Assembly: GCA_038087875.1 (NCBI GenBank)
Contig: CM075992.1
Span: 4,900,001 to 4,964,000, forward strand
Length of the DNA: 64,000 nt
Source of the DNA: Malacoraja senta
Lineage: Eukaryota
Reading direction: 5' to 3'
This document shows, piece by piece, positions 53,101-64,000 of this stretch. Each line of letters begins with the position of its first letter. Position 1 is the stretch's first letter. The position numbers and the translations under genes are program-made. The notes beneath the pieces were generated by a model. It had not been told where the DNA came from. It saw only the letters and a list, made by a program, of their open reading frames with translations, and did no database searches.

Positions 53101-53373
53101 TTTCCAGATGGCATCAGGCAGCTTATTGAATTACATTTCTATTAATAGTTATGACTGGATTAAAGTCTGTGCTCATAGCACATCTAAGGCGAAACTGAAA
53201 CAGGGATCCAAACAATGGAATATTTGACTAGCAAGCTGCAAGGGGAAAGATTATTTAACTGCCTCACCTTTGTAACTGGACAGAGTTAAGTCCGCAAATT
53301 CTCCATTGGGCATCACGGCCTTGGCTGTGAAGTCGGGTGCAGGGTGGCCAATTTTCGCATTTCCAGCTGCCAT
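41071..53373 (-). CDS. PRDX1: Peroxiredoxin 1, typical 2-Cys Prx, 199 aa; join of 5 coding exons
   Basis: Manual splicing gives [199 protein letters not shown]. All introns are GT-AG and the coding exons total 600 nt. The VMP motif and 199-aa length favour PRDX1 over PRDX2. Confidence 0.95.
42584..42714 (-). CDS. PRDX1: PRDX1 coding exon 4 ([44 protein letters not shown])
   Basis: 131 nt; acceptor TTCTTTTGCATTGAAG, donor GTAATG. Confidence 0.96.
42945..43276. mobile_element. Harbinger-type MITE in a PRDX1 intron
   Basis: TIR AGGGCCTGTCCCACTT; TTA TSD at 42942-44 and 43277-79. Confidence 0.88.
43425..43780 (+). mobile_element. Tx1/L1-like 3' fragment
   Basis: Degenerate GC-rich ORF end followed by an AT-rich UTR and an A-tail. 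Confidence 0.4.
44953..45705. mobile_element. Non-autonomous hAT-like DNA transposon with a 6-bp TSD
   Basis: 14-bp TIR CAGAGCTGCCAAGT; ACATGG at 44947-52 and 45706-11; splits a SINE at AAACCCACATGGTCACAGG. Confidence 0.8.
46098..47272 (+). mobile_element. CR1-type LINE 3' fragment in a PRDX1 intron (antisense to the gene)
   Basis: [10 protein letters not shown] motif followed by the 273-aa ORF 46134..46955, 3' UTR and (TTTCTATG)n tail; nested in an older CR1 fragment. Confidence 0.92.
47606..47728 (-). CDS. PRDX1: PRDX1 coding exon 3 ([40 protein letters not shown])
   Basis: 123 nt; acceptor TGTTTTCAG, donor GTCGGT; phases compatible with the neighbouring exons. Confidence 0.96.
48393..48693 (+). 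mobile_element. tRNA-derived V-domain SINE (HE1-like), near full length
   Basis: A-box TGGCACAGCGG, B-box GGTTCGATC, V-core, CR1-like tail GGGCCGAAGGGCCTGTTTC and an A-rich end. Similar copies at about 64-368(-), 10960-11280(+), 21330-21630(-), 42115-42390(-), 58415-58670(-) and 59169-59483(+). Confidence 0.85.
48826..48979 (-). CDS. PRDX1: PRDX1 coding exon 2 with peroxidatic Cys52 ([14 protein letters not shown])
   Basis: 154 nt; acceptor ...CTCTTCTGCAATCCAG, donor GTAAG; Cys52 codon at 48932-48930; matches ORF 48822..49019. Confidence 0.97.
49370..50515 (+). mobile_element. Penelope-like retroelement 3' fragment (RT C-terminus, GIY-YIG endonuclease, terminal repeat with hammerhead-like motif), in a PRDX1 intron
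   Basis: ORF 49775..50311 has CNRKRCNTC...NLIYCI...[14 protein letters not shown]...VAQHFN (Penelope GIY-YIG). The upstream part is frameshifted. It ends in the CTGAAGAAGGG... terminal unit at 50420-50515. Confidence 0.9.
53268..53373 (-). CDS. PRDX1: PRDX1 first coding exon ([36 protein letters not shown])
   Basis: ATG at 53373-53371, 106 coding nt, donor GTGAG at 53267-53263. Probable acceptor CCTCTCCTTCAAG places the exon start at 53386 (13-nt UTR). Confidence 0.95.
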
Positions 53374-54884
53374 CTTGAAGAGTTGCCTTGAAGGAGAGGG
53401 TCAACATTAAAACCATCTGCTGAACTGCACCAACAAGGGACTGCAGATGCTGGTTTAACCATTGAAGGACACAAATTGCTGCAGTAACACAGCGGGTTAG
53501 GCAGCATCTCCGGATAGGTGACGTTTCAGGTTGAGAGCCTTCTTCACACATCTGAAGAAGGGTCTTGTCCCGAGACATCACTTATCCACGTTCGCCAGAG
53601 ATGTGGCCTGACCCGCTGAGTTACTCCAGCATTTGTATCCTTTTGTTGAATTACACAATAGCCCTAGATATTGATACCAATTTCAGATCATTGACTAACG
53701 TCGATGCTACCGGCATAGAAGTTTACTTTAAAAAGCTGTTCTTTTATCAGCAAGGACCACTGATCTACTTTGTAAAAGGTCTAACCTTAGAGGCATTAAG
53801 ACTCAATTTTCTTCTGGACCGATTTAAGAGTGCTGTTCATTTGCCAAAGATAAGACACAAAAAGCTGTAGCAACTCAGTAGGACAGGCAGCATCTCTGGA
53901 GAGAAAGAATGGGTGACGTTTCAGGTCGAGACCCTTCTTCAGTCACCCATTCCTTCTCTCCAGAGACGCTGCCTGTCCCGCTGAGTTACTCCAGCTTTTT
54001 GTGTCCATCTTCGGTTTAAACTAGCATCTGCAGTTCCTTCCTACACATTCTTGCACTGTTGTATTGTAGTTGGATCAACTATAGAGTTTGGGCTAGAACT
54101 CTAACTAGATGCAGGATCAATGCAGTCAAAATACTAGGAGATACATGAAACTGCAGACATTGTTTTTCTCCACTGCTGCATTTTGTCCCATCAAATACTG
54201 GATTTGCAAGCCCTTGTACACACTCTGCATAAGTGGTGCATTTGTCCATGGGACATGCAGAATACCACCAGCATCACTTGCAATGATCACAACAAACAGA
54301 TATGCATCAACACAAATGTGCTTAGCATGTGTAGTCTTTAAATGACAATCAGGGTTTGCAAAGAGCCCCCCTGCCTGCCAGTTGTAACTGCTGAAGAATC
54401 AGTCTAGCATGCACATTAAAAGGTTAATGGCCATTTACAGGCTTAAAGGCACTAGATTATTTGGGTTTGCATTGTTGATTTACATATTTATAGAGCCAGG
54501 AACACTAGATTGTGACCTGTGATTCGGAAAGTCAGCTAACAGGTTTAATTTAATGTAGGCAAAAATGCTGGAGAAACTCAGCGGGTGAGGCAGCATCTAT
54601 GGAGCGAAGGAATAGGTGACGTTTCGGGTCGAGACCCTTCTCCAGACCAGGTTTAATTTAATGATCTATATTTTATATGTAGGAAGGAACTTCAGATGCT
54701 GGTTTACACCAAAGATAGACACAGAATGCTGGAATAATTCAGCAGGACAGGCAGCATTTCTGGAGAGAAGGGTGACATTTTGAGTCAAGACCCTTCTTCA
54801 GACATTGACCCAAAACGTCACCTATTCCTTCTCTCCAGAGATGCTGCTTGTCCCACTGAGTTACTCTAGCACTGTGACCTTGTA

Positions 54885-55198
54885 TACAGTTCTTGGTTCA
54901 AAATATTCCAAATGGAATTTAAACTGGAGGTGGTGGAGGGAGGACTTAAGCCAGAAAGGGTTTTGTGGAAGAAAGAGCTACCTTAAATTTAGTTGCATCT
55001 GGTTGGGTAACTATAGTAGGGTGGAGATTATTCCATGCTGTAATTGTGCGGGGGAAGAATGAATTGCTGTACACATCTGTCTTGGTAGCTGGAATCACAA
55101 ATTGGATCGAATGCCCTCGTCTGTTCCTAATTGGTTTGGGTTTGGTGTAGGTCTTGTAATCTATGTCGAGCTGACCATTTAACATTTTGTAAAAACAG
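54885..55198 (-). mobile_element. Divergent CR1-group LINE 3' fragment
   Basis: CFYKMLNG...SFFPRTITAWNNL, typical of non-LTR ORF2 ends; a different family from the HER1-like copies. Confidence 0.65.
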
Positions 55199-56333
55199 TA
55201 TACAGTATTAGCCAGCATCCACTGTTCTGTGTCTGAACAAGGGTCTCGACCAGAAACGTTACCTATTCCTTTTCTCCAGAGATGCTCTGACCTGTCGAGT
55301 CACTCCAGCTTTGTGTCTATCTTGTGTTTCTATATGCCTAGAACTCCGATTAGTTTTAATGTTACGAGAATGCAGTTCTACTGTAACCAGGTTATTTGTC
55401 AACAATAATTAAAAACAAGTTATTTCCCTTCTCAATTTGAAAAGAGTGCAAAACTATTAGGAGCTACAAATTAACTGGGAAAGACCCAAATTTCTTACAT
55501 GCATGAACTGAACTCATATTTTGACAGCACAGATTGAATAAGTGTTAAAACTTTGTAGAGCAAATCTCAACATAATACATGCGAAGGGAGGAACTGCAGA
55601 TGCTGGTTTGAACCGAAGATAGACACAAAAAGCTGGAGTAACTCAGCGGGTCAGGCAGCATCTCTATTAATGGAATAGATGATGTTTCGGCTCGACATGA
55701 TACACTGTAGCTCATGGGGTTATAAACAAAGGGAAAACGTGGGCCCAAAGCTGCTTTCATCTCATTTCCAAGGTATTTAATCTGCTACAATTTGGCAACA
55801 TGTAGTTAAATGTTGCAAGATGAATGGGGGAATTGAGACCTCACCGAGCCAGGACTGTTTCAACCAGTTAGATACACTTGATACACATAGAACGATTAAA
55901 GTTGTTGCAAAAATCTGTGGCCGAGAGAGCAGTGGGTGAATTCTTGAAGTCGAGTGGTTGATGTTGCAAGCAGACGCTCTACATCCGTCTGAAGAAGGGT
56001 TTCGGCCCGAAACGTTGCCTATTTCCTTCGCTCCATAGATGCTGCTGCACCCGCTGAGTTTCTCCAGCATTTTTGTGTACCTTCGCTCTACATTTGATCG
56101 GATTACCAGCAAGTCAATCTGCACCACACGTGAAACCCTTTGTCACGGCTCCACTTGAAAGAGAATACAATGCAGCAAAACAGCCAGGATGTTCAAGAAC
56201 ATTTAAAACCACGTATTACATACTTTGCAAATGTTAAATTAAACACATAGCTGTGCAAATTGACTTTTAAAAAAAAAATGTAGGCAAAAAAAACAACCCC
56301 AAAAAACCGGCTCAGCAGATCGAGGAGACAAAC

Positions 56334-56404
56334 CTTGCAGTGTAGGTCTTGCAGGGAGGCGAACACACGACAAATACTCCCTCTGCAACGCTCCGGCGGC
56401 CAAT
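56334..56404 (-). other. PRDX1: Probable non-coding first exon of PRDX1
   Basis: CpG-enriched unique sequence; Inr-like CATT about 32 nt downstream of TATAAG; donor CAAG|GTTTGT at 56333. Vertebrate PRDX1 has a non-coding exon 1. Boundaries are inferred. Confidence 0.6.
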
Positions 56405-56430
56405 GCCCGCTGCCTCGCCGTCTCCTCCTA

Positions 56431-56484
56431 CTTATAGTCAGAGCAAAGATCGCGAGAGACGCCTGGGTCCACAATGACTCTGCA
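56431..56484 (-). promoter_or_regulatory. PRDX1 core promoter: TATA-like box plus antioxidant response element
   Basis: TATAAG on the minus strand at 56436-56431; ATGACTCTGCA at 56474-56484 matches the ARE consensus RTGACnnnGCA. Confidence 0.65.
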
Positions 56485-56656
56485 GAAAGCGAGGTCCCTG
56501 CTCTTAAAGGTGTAGCTCGAGTGTTGATCTCAGCATGACTGTCAGCGCTCACCCCTCCCTATGTCCCAAAAGCCACAACTAACCGTGGCAGGTTTCGGGG
56601 AGCAGAGAACGCAGCAAAAGGTGGGGGGTTGGAGGAAAAGTTGGGAATGAGCCAGA

Positions 56657-57262
56657 GAGAGAGAGATGGGTGGAGGATGAGGAGGAGAGGAGGAGAGGAG
56701 GAGAGGAGGAGAGGAGGAGAGGAGGAGGGGGAGGAGAGGGGAGGAGGGGAGTAGGAGAGGAGGAGAGGAGGAGGGGAGGAGAGGAGGAGAGGAGGAGAGG
56801 AAAGGGGTTGGTATGTTGTAATGAAAGAACTGCAGATGCTGGTTAAAATCGAGGTAGACACAAAATGCTGGAGTAACTCAGCGGGGCAGGCAGCATCTCT
56901 GGAGAGAAGTCTGAAGAGGTGTCTCGACCCGAAACGTCACCCATTCCTTCTCTCCAGGAAAGGAGGGTGGTTGGTGGAAGAGAGGAGGGTGAGGGGAGGA
57001 AGAGTGGAGGAAGAGGGGAGGGTGGGTGGAGAGGAAAGGAAGGTGGATGGAGGAAGAGAGGAGGGTTTGTGGAGGAAGAGGAGGGTGGAGGAAGAGAGGA
57101 AATTGAGGAGGGTGGGTGGAGAGGAGGGTGAGGGGAGGATGAGGGGAGGAAGAGGGTGAGGGTGGGTAGAGAGGAAAGGAAGGTGGATGGAGGAAGAGAG
57201 GAGGGTTTGTGGAGGAAGAGAGGAAATTGAGGAGGGTGGGTGGAGAGGAGGGTGGGTGGACA
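56657..57262 (+). repeat. Purine-rich (GGA/GGAGA) low-complexity tract upstream of the PRDX1 promoter, interrupted by a Penelope unit
   Basis: Read directly; internal duplication with 140-nt period (57021 vs 57161). Confidence 0.9.
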
Positions 57263-60080
57263 GGACAATGGGTGGGTGGTGAGAAGTGGTAAGCGAGCGT
57301 TGGAAATTGGAGAGAAGAGAAAGAGCGAGAGAGATAGAGCAAGAAACAGGAGCAGGAGTAAGATACCCGGCTCTTCGAATATGTTCTGCTATTCGAGTCA
57401 TAGAGTCACATATCAAGGAGAACAGATCCTTCAAACCCAACTCATCCATGCAAACCAATGATTTGACTATTCAATGAACTTAGTTGTCTCCTACCAACCA
57501 AGATTCCTCATTCAAGCTAATCCCATTTGTCCACATCGCTCTAAATGTTTCCTATCGATGTGCCTGTACATTTACCATGGTGATGTATGACCAAGCATTC
57601 CCTCATTCCTGAAGAAGGGCCCCTGACCTGAAATGTCACCTATCCATGTCCTCCATGGATGCTGCCTGACCTGCTGGGTTACTCCACGACTTTATGTTTT
57701 TTTACTCAGGATTGCTGCATCAATACCTCCAAATCCATGTTTTGATTGAATGATATATAGCATGGAAACAGACCCTTTTGGCCCGCCAAGTACATGCCAA
57801 CCATTGATCATGGCTGATCTATCTCTCCCTCCTAACCCCATTCTCCTGCCTTCTCCCCATAACCTCTCACACCCATACAAATCAAGTTTGGAATGGACAT
57901 TGTGGGCCGAAGTGCCTGTTCCTGTGCTGTACTGTTCTATGGTCTGTGTATTTACTGTCTCCTCATGCTGCAACCTGCCACTCCTGGCACTAGGCCAGTG
58001 AACTCACTGTAATGCACGCTACATCATTTCCTTTGGGTAAGCAGGCCAAAACTGTGCACAATGTATGTAATCTCCCCTAGGTCCCACACATTCTTCAATA
58101 CGATCTACTTACTCTGCTGTATGCATCGTAAGCCTGACATCCAATTAGCGTCCTAACAAGTAGAAACAAGGAACTGCAGATGCTGGACCTGAAACGTCAC
58201 CTATCCATATTCTCCAGAGATGCTGCCTGACTCGCTGTGTTACTCCAGCCACCTTGTGTCCTTTGTGTCCTATCCTAACTACCTGCTGCACCTTGTAGGT
58301 TGGCCTTTAGTGATTGTGCACAAACGCATCTAGTTTTGTTTTTAACCTCAACACCACCCAAATTGTCAACATATAATAAATACAGTACAACTCTGACAAT
58401 CTAGTATTCGATTCGATTTAGACTTTAGGAATACGGCGCAGAAACAGTCCCCTTGACTCACCGAGTCCATGCTGACTAGCGATCACCCCGTACACTAGTT
58501 CTATCCAACACACCTACACGCTAAGGACAATTTACAATTTTAACGAAGGCAATTAAGCTACAAACCTGTACATCTTCGGAGTGTGGGAGGAAACCGGAGC
58601 ACCTGGAGGATCGAACCCGGGTCTCTGGCACTGTAAGGCAGCAACTCTACCACTGCACAACACTGCTGCCCTGCAGACCAGGAGCAAATTATAGCATCCA
58701 CAATTCCAATATGAATTATTTTATTTTAAAACGTTCAGAAGGTCCACCACAAAAGCCTGTAAAATGTGGACTTTTTCATTTGTATTTCACTCAGTGAAGA
58801 TAGTTATTCACCCAGAGATTCATGACCATCTACACAGCCTGTGGCCAATTGCGGAAAACTGGTTAAAACATAAAGTGCTGAAATAACTCAGTGGGTCAGG
58901 CAGCATCTGTGGAGGACATAGATAGGTAATGTTTCAGTTTGGGACCCTTCTTAAGTCTGAACATCCCAAAACGTTGCTTATCCGTGTTCACCACAGATGC
59001 TGCCTGACCCATTGAGTTACTCCAGCACTTTGTATTTAACTCACTCCAGCATCTGCAGTTACTTGTCTGTCAAGGAAAAATAGTTATTTGTAGAACAAAA
59101 TACCAGGTAGCAATGATCTCTGCTCCCTACATTTTTAGAACCTGAACTCCTTGCAACAGGCACCTCAAGGCAGCATGGTGGCACAGCGGTAGAGTTGCTG
59201 CCTTTACAGCACCAAAGACCCAGGTTTGATCCTGACTACGGGTGCTGTCTGTGCAGAGTTTGCACATTTTCTCCGTGACTTTGTGGGTTTTCTCCAGGTG
59301 CTCCAGTTTCTTCCCACACTCCAAAGACGTTCAGGTTTGTAGGTTCATTGGATTCGGTAAAAGTTGTAAATTTACCCCTGTGTGTAGGATGGTGCTAGTG
59401 TAAGGAGTGATCGCTGGTTGACGTGGACTCGGTGGGCCGAAAAGCCTGTTTCCATGCTGTACCTTTAAAGTCTAAAACCTAAAGGCACTATTATACATGC
59501 TAGTTTATTTTAACAGCATTTTTTATCTGCAGTATTTTCAGTGAAGATATTAGCAAACATGCTGGGTGTGTACAGTATTTCTGTTTTCTTATTTTCTGTC
59601 AGTATAGTTTTCCCAGCCTTATGGTTTGCAGATGATCAAACATAACAACAAACGTTTATAACAAAAAGAAAAGTCAAAGGTTTTTTGAAATGTTATTTCG
59701 ACCGAGATAACTGTGAGCTTAAATTATTTCAACGGTGCTGAACTAACACATATTCGCCAGAGCATTGGTGGAGGAATTACACTTCGCTCTGATGGGTAAG
59801 AGATACTGTATATTCTGTCGGCAGTGGCAGGTGTGGTTAGTGTGTGTTATGTAAAGATATGTTCACATTTGGTGGAGAGTTGCATTTTTTCCAATCGTGA
59901 TCATTTTGCAGGCTAACATGCCCTATGGTTCAAACAAGACAAGGAAGCCAAGTCTTGTTTAAGCATATATAGACACAAAATGCTGGAGTAACTCGGCGGG
60001 TCAGACAGCATCTCTGGAGAAAATGGATAGGCGACATTTCGGGCCATGAACCTTCCTCGCGGCCCACCAAGTCTGCGCCG

Positions 60081-60217
60081 ACTAGCAGTCACCCCGTACA
60101 CTAGCAGTCACCCCGTACACTAGCAGTCACCCCGTACACTAGCAGTCACCCCGTACACTAGCAGTCACCCCGTACACTAGCAGTCACCCCGTACACTAGC
60201 AGTCACCCCGTACACTA
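60081..60217 (+). repeat. 19-bp minisatellite, 7 perfect copies (ACTAGCAGTCACCCCGTAC), within a SINE
   Basis: Read directly; the unit corresponds to the SINE 3' segment CGATCACCCCGTACACTAG. Confidence 0.95.
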
Positions 60218-60719
60218 ACACTATCCTACACACTAGGCACATTTTACAATTTTACCAAAGCCAATTAAACTATAAACCTGCGTGTCTTTGGAGTGTGAGA
60301 CGAAACCGGAGCACCCAGAGAAAATCTCCTGACCCGTTAAGTTCCTGAAACAGTTTTGTATTTTTGCACAAGATTCCAGCATCTGCAGTCTCTTGTGCCT
60401 CTAATTTCCTACAGTCCTTCTATGTGGACGTTTGCTGTTCTATGTTGTAGGCAAAAACATGTGAAGCTGTTATTCCAGTTAAACCAAACTCAGTCTCATA
60501 ACGAAGAATATTAGTGGATTCTTTGTTACAGAATAATCCCCTTGGGTGTGTTTGTGATGTTAGTTCTTTCATATCGCACAAGGAATGCTTCTTTGGAAGG
60601 TGCAAAAGTGTTCGCGGAAAAGGTATTAAAAAAGGATTTAGACATTAGGATGTTGTGATCTACATGATGGTATAAAGTGTTGCTGTCATTCACCTTGGCT
60701 TGCAGCCCATGACACTTTG

Positions 60720-60735
60720 GATATATATATATATC

Positions 60736-60778
<43 letters not shown>

Positions 60779-60882
60779 AAATATATATATATATATTAGA
60801 CCAAATATGTGTGCGTGTGTATATAAATAAATATATATATATATATATTTATATACACACGCACACATATTTGGTCTAATAT
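60720..60882. repeat. (AT)n microsatellite with a 90-bp hairpin
   Basis: 37-bp perfect inverted arms spanning 60793-60882. Confidence 0.9.
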
Positions 60883-61998
60883 TTGATTTGACTTTAACAG
60901 GGATAAAACAGGAGGCTAAAGTAATATCACCCACCACCCATTCAATGTACTAGAGGCTGGGAAGAGTCTGGGCAAATGTATTCATATTGCAACCGCTGTT
61001 GCTGTCCAGTGAGTAATAATACCAGTCTATTATGGTTTAGATTAACCTTGAGTTTGAAGGTTATTGCCTTCCGTCACAGTGAGGAATATGGGGAATCTGC
61101 TGCAGTGGATGTAAATGTCACTTTTATGTAGTTGTGTGTCTTGTTGCTTTTTTCTGTTATGACTGTATGGTAAATCGAATTTCACTGTAACTTAATAAAG
61201 GACCGTTGAACCGTTGAACTATGAATGTAGACAACATGCTGGTAAACCTCTCCGGTCCTCTCTTCAAAGCCTCCACACTCTTCATGTAATAGGGTGACCA
61301 AAAACATGGACAATATTGTTGCAGGAATTCCGTGAACACGAGGCTTGGAGGGGAACCAGATCATCGCAGAGTAATGCCTGCGGGCTTTTTTTTAAGCTTA
61401 GTTTAGAGATACAGCGCGGGAAACATGCTCTTCAACCCACCGAGTCCGGGCCAACCAGCGATCGCCCACACACTGGTTCTTTCTGACACACTAATGCTGA
61501 TTTACAGAGGCTAATTAACGTACAAACCCGTACGTCTTTGGAATGTGCGAGGAAACTGGAGCACCCGGAGGTTAGGATTGAACCCGGGTCTCTGGCGCTG
61601 TGAGGCAGCACCTCTACTGATGCGCCACTGTGCCACCCTAATCAGATCAGTCGGGTTAACCACTCCATCTGGCCCTGTGACCCAAAATGGGGCATGTAAG
61701 CGGGCATGAGAGGAGAAATCTGATGGCCTATGAGGATGAACATGGGGGGTGGCACTGTCTGGTAACTGTGTCAAAAGGATGGCGCACCCCATCCTTCTAA
61801 TCTGTATCATTCTATGTTTATAATGCAGTTGTTTCGGACTTTGGTTAGGCCGCATTTGGAGTATTACACGTATTTCTGGTCACCCCATCGCAGGAAATAT
61901 GTGGAGACTTTGGAGAAGGTGCAGGGAAGTCTACCAGAATGATGCCTGAATTAGAGGGTGTCATCAGCAGTGAGAGGCTGCATAAACATGGATTGTTT

Positions 61999-62580
61999 AT
62001 GCTTGGAGTAACGGAAGACGGGAACAAACTGAACACATTTCAAAATTCATTTTTTAATTATGGGTTAATAACGGCAAAAAAAAACGTATATTTAAATTTT
62101 GGAAAAATACACCCATACCAACGCTTAAAATGTGGATTTCAAACATGTTGGACACCGCACATCTTGAAGAAATGCGATTCCTCCTAACAGACAAAACCAG
62201 ACCAATTCTTAACGAGTTGGTCTCCATTTATCGACTTCTTGGAAGCATATGGTGCAACAAAATCGTAGAAACCAACTGTTTCAGGACTGGGTGAAGGATG
62301 GTCAAGAATATAAATAACTATCTCCTATAATCTCGTACTCTCTACTACTTCTCTTTCTCTCTCTTTTTTTTTCTTCCCCTCTTTCCCCCCTTTTCCTTTT
62401 CACACACCTAGACATCACACGCTTTTCTATTTCTTTATTACCTATTCTATCTTTCTCTCTTTTATTATTAAAGGAAAAAAAACCCCGAAGCTGTACATGA
62501 AATGTAACATGCCAATATATATTAGGCACCTTGGTGTCACATTACTGTACTTCTAAAATAAAAATATTTTAAAAAAAAGC
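61999..62580 (+). mobile_element. L1/Tx1-like LINE 3' end inserted in a CR1 fragment
   Basis: GLITAKK..LNFW-like ORF2 end, AATAAA and an A-tail at 62558-78; 15/16-nt flanking duplication TAAACATGRATTGTTT (61983-98, 62581-96). Confidence 0.65.
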
Positions 62581-62618
62581 TAAACATGAATTGTTTTCTC
62601 TGGAACATCAAAGGTTGA

Positions 62619-62808
62619 GGGGAGACGATAAAAATATATAAAATTTGGAGAGCATAGATTGGGTAGACAGTCAAAACCTTTTTTCCCAGGGTGGCAATGT
62701 TGAATACCAGAGGGGGAGACGATAAAAATATATAAAATTTGGAGAGCATAGATTGGGTAGACAGTCAAAACCTTTTTTCCCAGGGTGGCAATGTTGAATA
62801 CCAGAGGG
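62619..62808 (+). repeat. 94-bp tandem duplication inside a CR1 fragment
   Basis: GGGGAGACGATAAAA... begins at both 62619 and 62713. Confidence 0.9.
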
Positions 62809-63556
62809 CATAGCCATGAGATGAGAGGGGGAGAGTTTAACGGAGATGTGCGTGGCAAGTTCTTTACACAGAGAGTGGTGGGGCCTAGAACACGCTGACA
62901 TGGGCGGTGGTTGAGGCAATAGTGAAGTTCGAAAGGATTTTAGGTAGGCACATGGAACTGCAAGGAATAGATGATATGGACCATGTACAGGCAGAGGAGT
63001 TCAGATCAGCTTGGCATCATGTTCGGCACAGACATTGTGATGGAAAGGCCTATGCTTACAGTTCTGTGTCCTATATGATGTGCAATAATGGGGTAAGTTT
63101 ATTTAAAAAATGATTAGCAATAATCAAATAAACTTTGGTTAACATAAGAAGAGGCATCACCTGAATAGTCCTTGAAATAAACACTGTTTAATCATGTGCC
63201 CAATATTTTAATTAGTTCGGTTTCATAATATACATGGCATTAAAATTCAATGTTTTTTGCGAAAATTCAAAAGATTTTCAGTGTGTTTAGTTCCATTTTG
63301 TTTTGTTGCCCAGCAACCAAAAGAGGATGAGAACACTCAACAATGGCTTGTATTTCCATAGCCAGTTTAATATCAATGAACATGGCAGAATGTTTCACAA
63401 AGGTAGAATAACAAAATATGAATGCCAAGCTAATTAACCCAAAAGAGTAGGCTGTAAAATGGTGCAGGGTTTTATGGAGTTGGAAAATGAACCAGGGCAG
63501 AAATCTAGACTATACAGTGAAGATCACTAGACTATCTAGACTATACAATAGATCAG

Positions 63557-64000
63557 TGGATGAACGCAGTCAACCTAGGCCTGCACTTCATCCTCCAGCA
63601 CAAGGGGACCTATGCAAGGATTTTGTTTGTTGATTTTAGCTCTGCATTCAACACCATTGTGCCAGAGCTACTACACTCCAAACTCTCCGAGTTGACTGTG
63701 CCTGAACCCCTCTGTCAGTGGATCACCAACTTCCTGTCAGACAGGAAGCAGCATGTGAGGCTGGGATAGCACATCTCGGACCCACTGACCCTCAGCGTAG
63801 GAGCACTGCAAGGCTGCGTACTATCTCCTCTCCTTTACTCTCTCTACACCAACGCCTGTACCACCACTGACTCCTCTGTCAAGCTTCTCAAGTTTGCGGA
63901 CGACGCAACCCTGATTGGACTGATCCAGGATGGGGAGGAATCTGCCTACAGACAGGAAGTGACACAGCTGGCATCCTGGTGCCATCGCAACAACCTGGAG
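63557..64000 (+). mobile_element. Rex1/Babar reverse transcriptase fragment running off the window end
   Basis: ILFVDFSSAFNTI...QGCVLSPLLYSLYT...KFADD with an in-frame stop. Confidence 0.88.

Noticed and set aside
41071..53373. Assignment as PRDX2, suggested by the junB-like enhancer and the lack of Cys83
   Set aside because: The 199-aa length, 106-nt first coding exon and AVMPxG motif match PRDX1; PRDX2 is one residue shorter in this region. A phylogeny would be decisive.
56559..57458. Pro/Ser/Leu- and Glu/Gly/Arg-rich ORFs
   Set aside because: Translations of the purine-rich low-complexity tract.
60081..60217. CRISPR-like array
   Set aside because: No spacers; it is a head-to-tail SINE-derived minisatellite in a vertebrate genome.

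Overview
Vertebrate genomic DNA from a cartilaginous fish, most likely a skate or ray (inferred from HE1/V-type SINEs, HER1/CR1 LINEs and dense Penelope-derived repeats). There is one 200-N assembly gap at 5886-6085. The only protein-coding gene I can support is an intact peroxiredoxin 1 (PRDX1) on the minus strand. It has 5 coding exons (53373-53268, 48979-48826, 47728-47606, 42714-42584, 41156-41071; 106/154/123/131/86 nt, 199 aa), a probable non-coding first exon near 56404-56334 with a TATA-like box and a consensus Nrf2 ARE, and a polyA signal at 40934-40939. Most of the rest is transposon debris: CR1, Rex1/Babar, L1/Tx1, RTE and Penelope fragments, SINEs, and Harbinger and hAT MITEs, often nested. 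Main highlights: (1) a dense CRE/kB/Ets/CArG/CRE/STAT-kB module at 13767-13920 that resembles the mammalian junB 3' enhancer but has no jun gene nearby in the window; (2) about 50 or more short Penelope-derived units headed by a minimal hammerhead-ribozyme motif, several inserted as fold-back units with 14-16 bp target duplications; (3) PRDX1 carrying GGIG instead of GGLG and Ser instead of Cys83.
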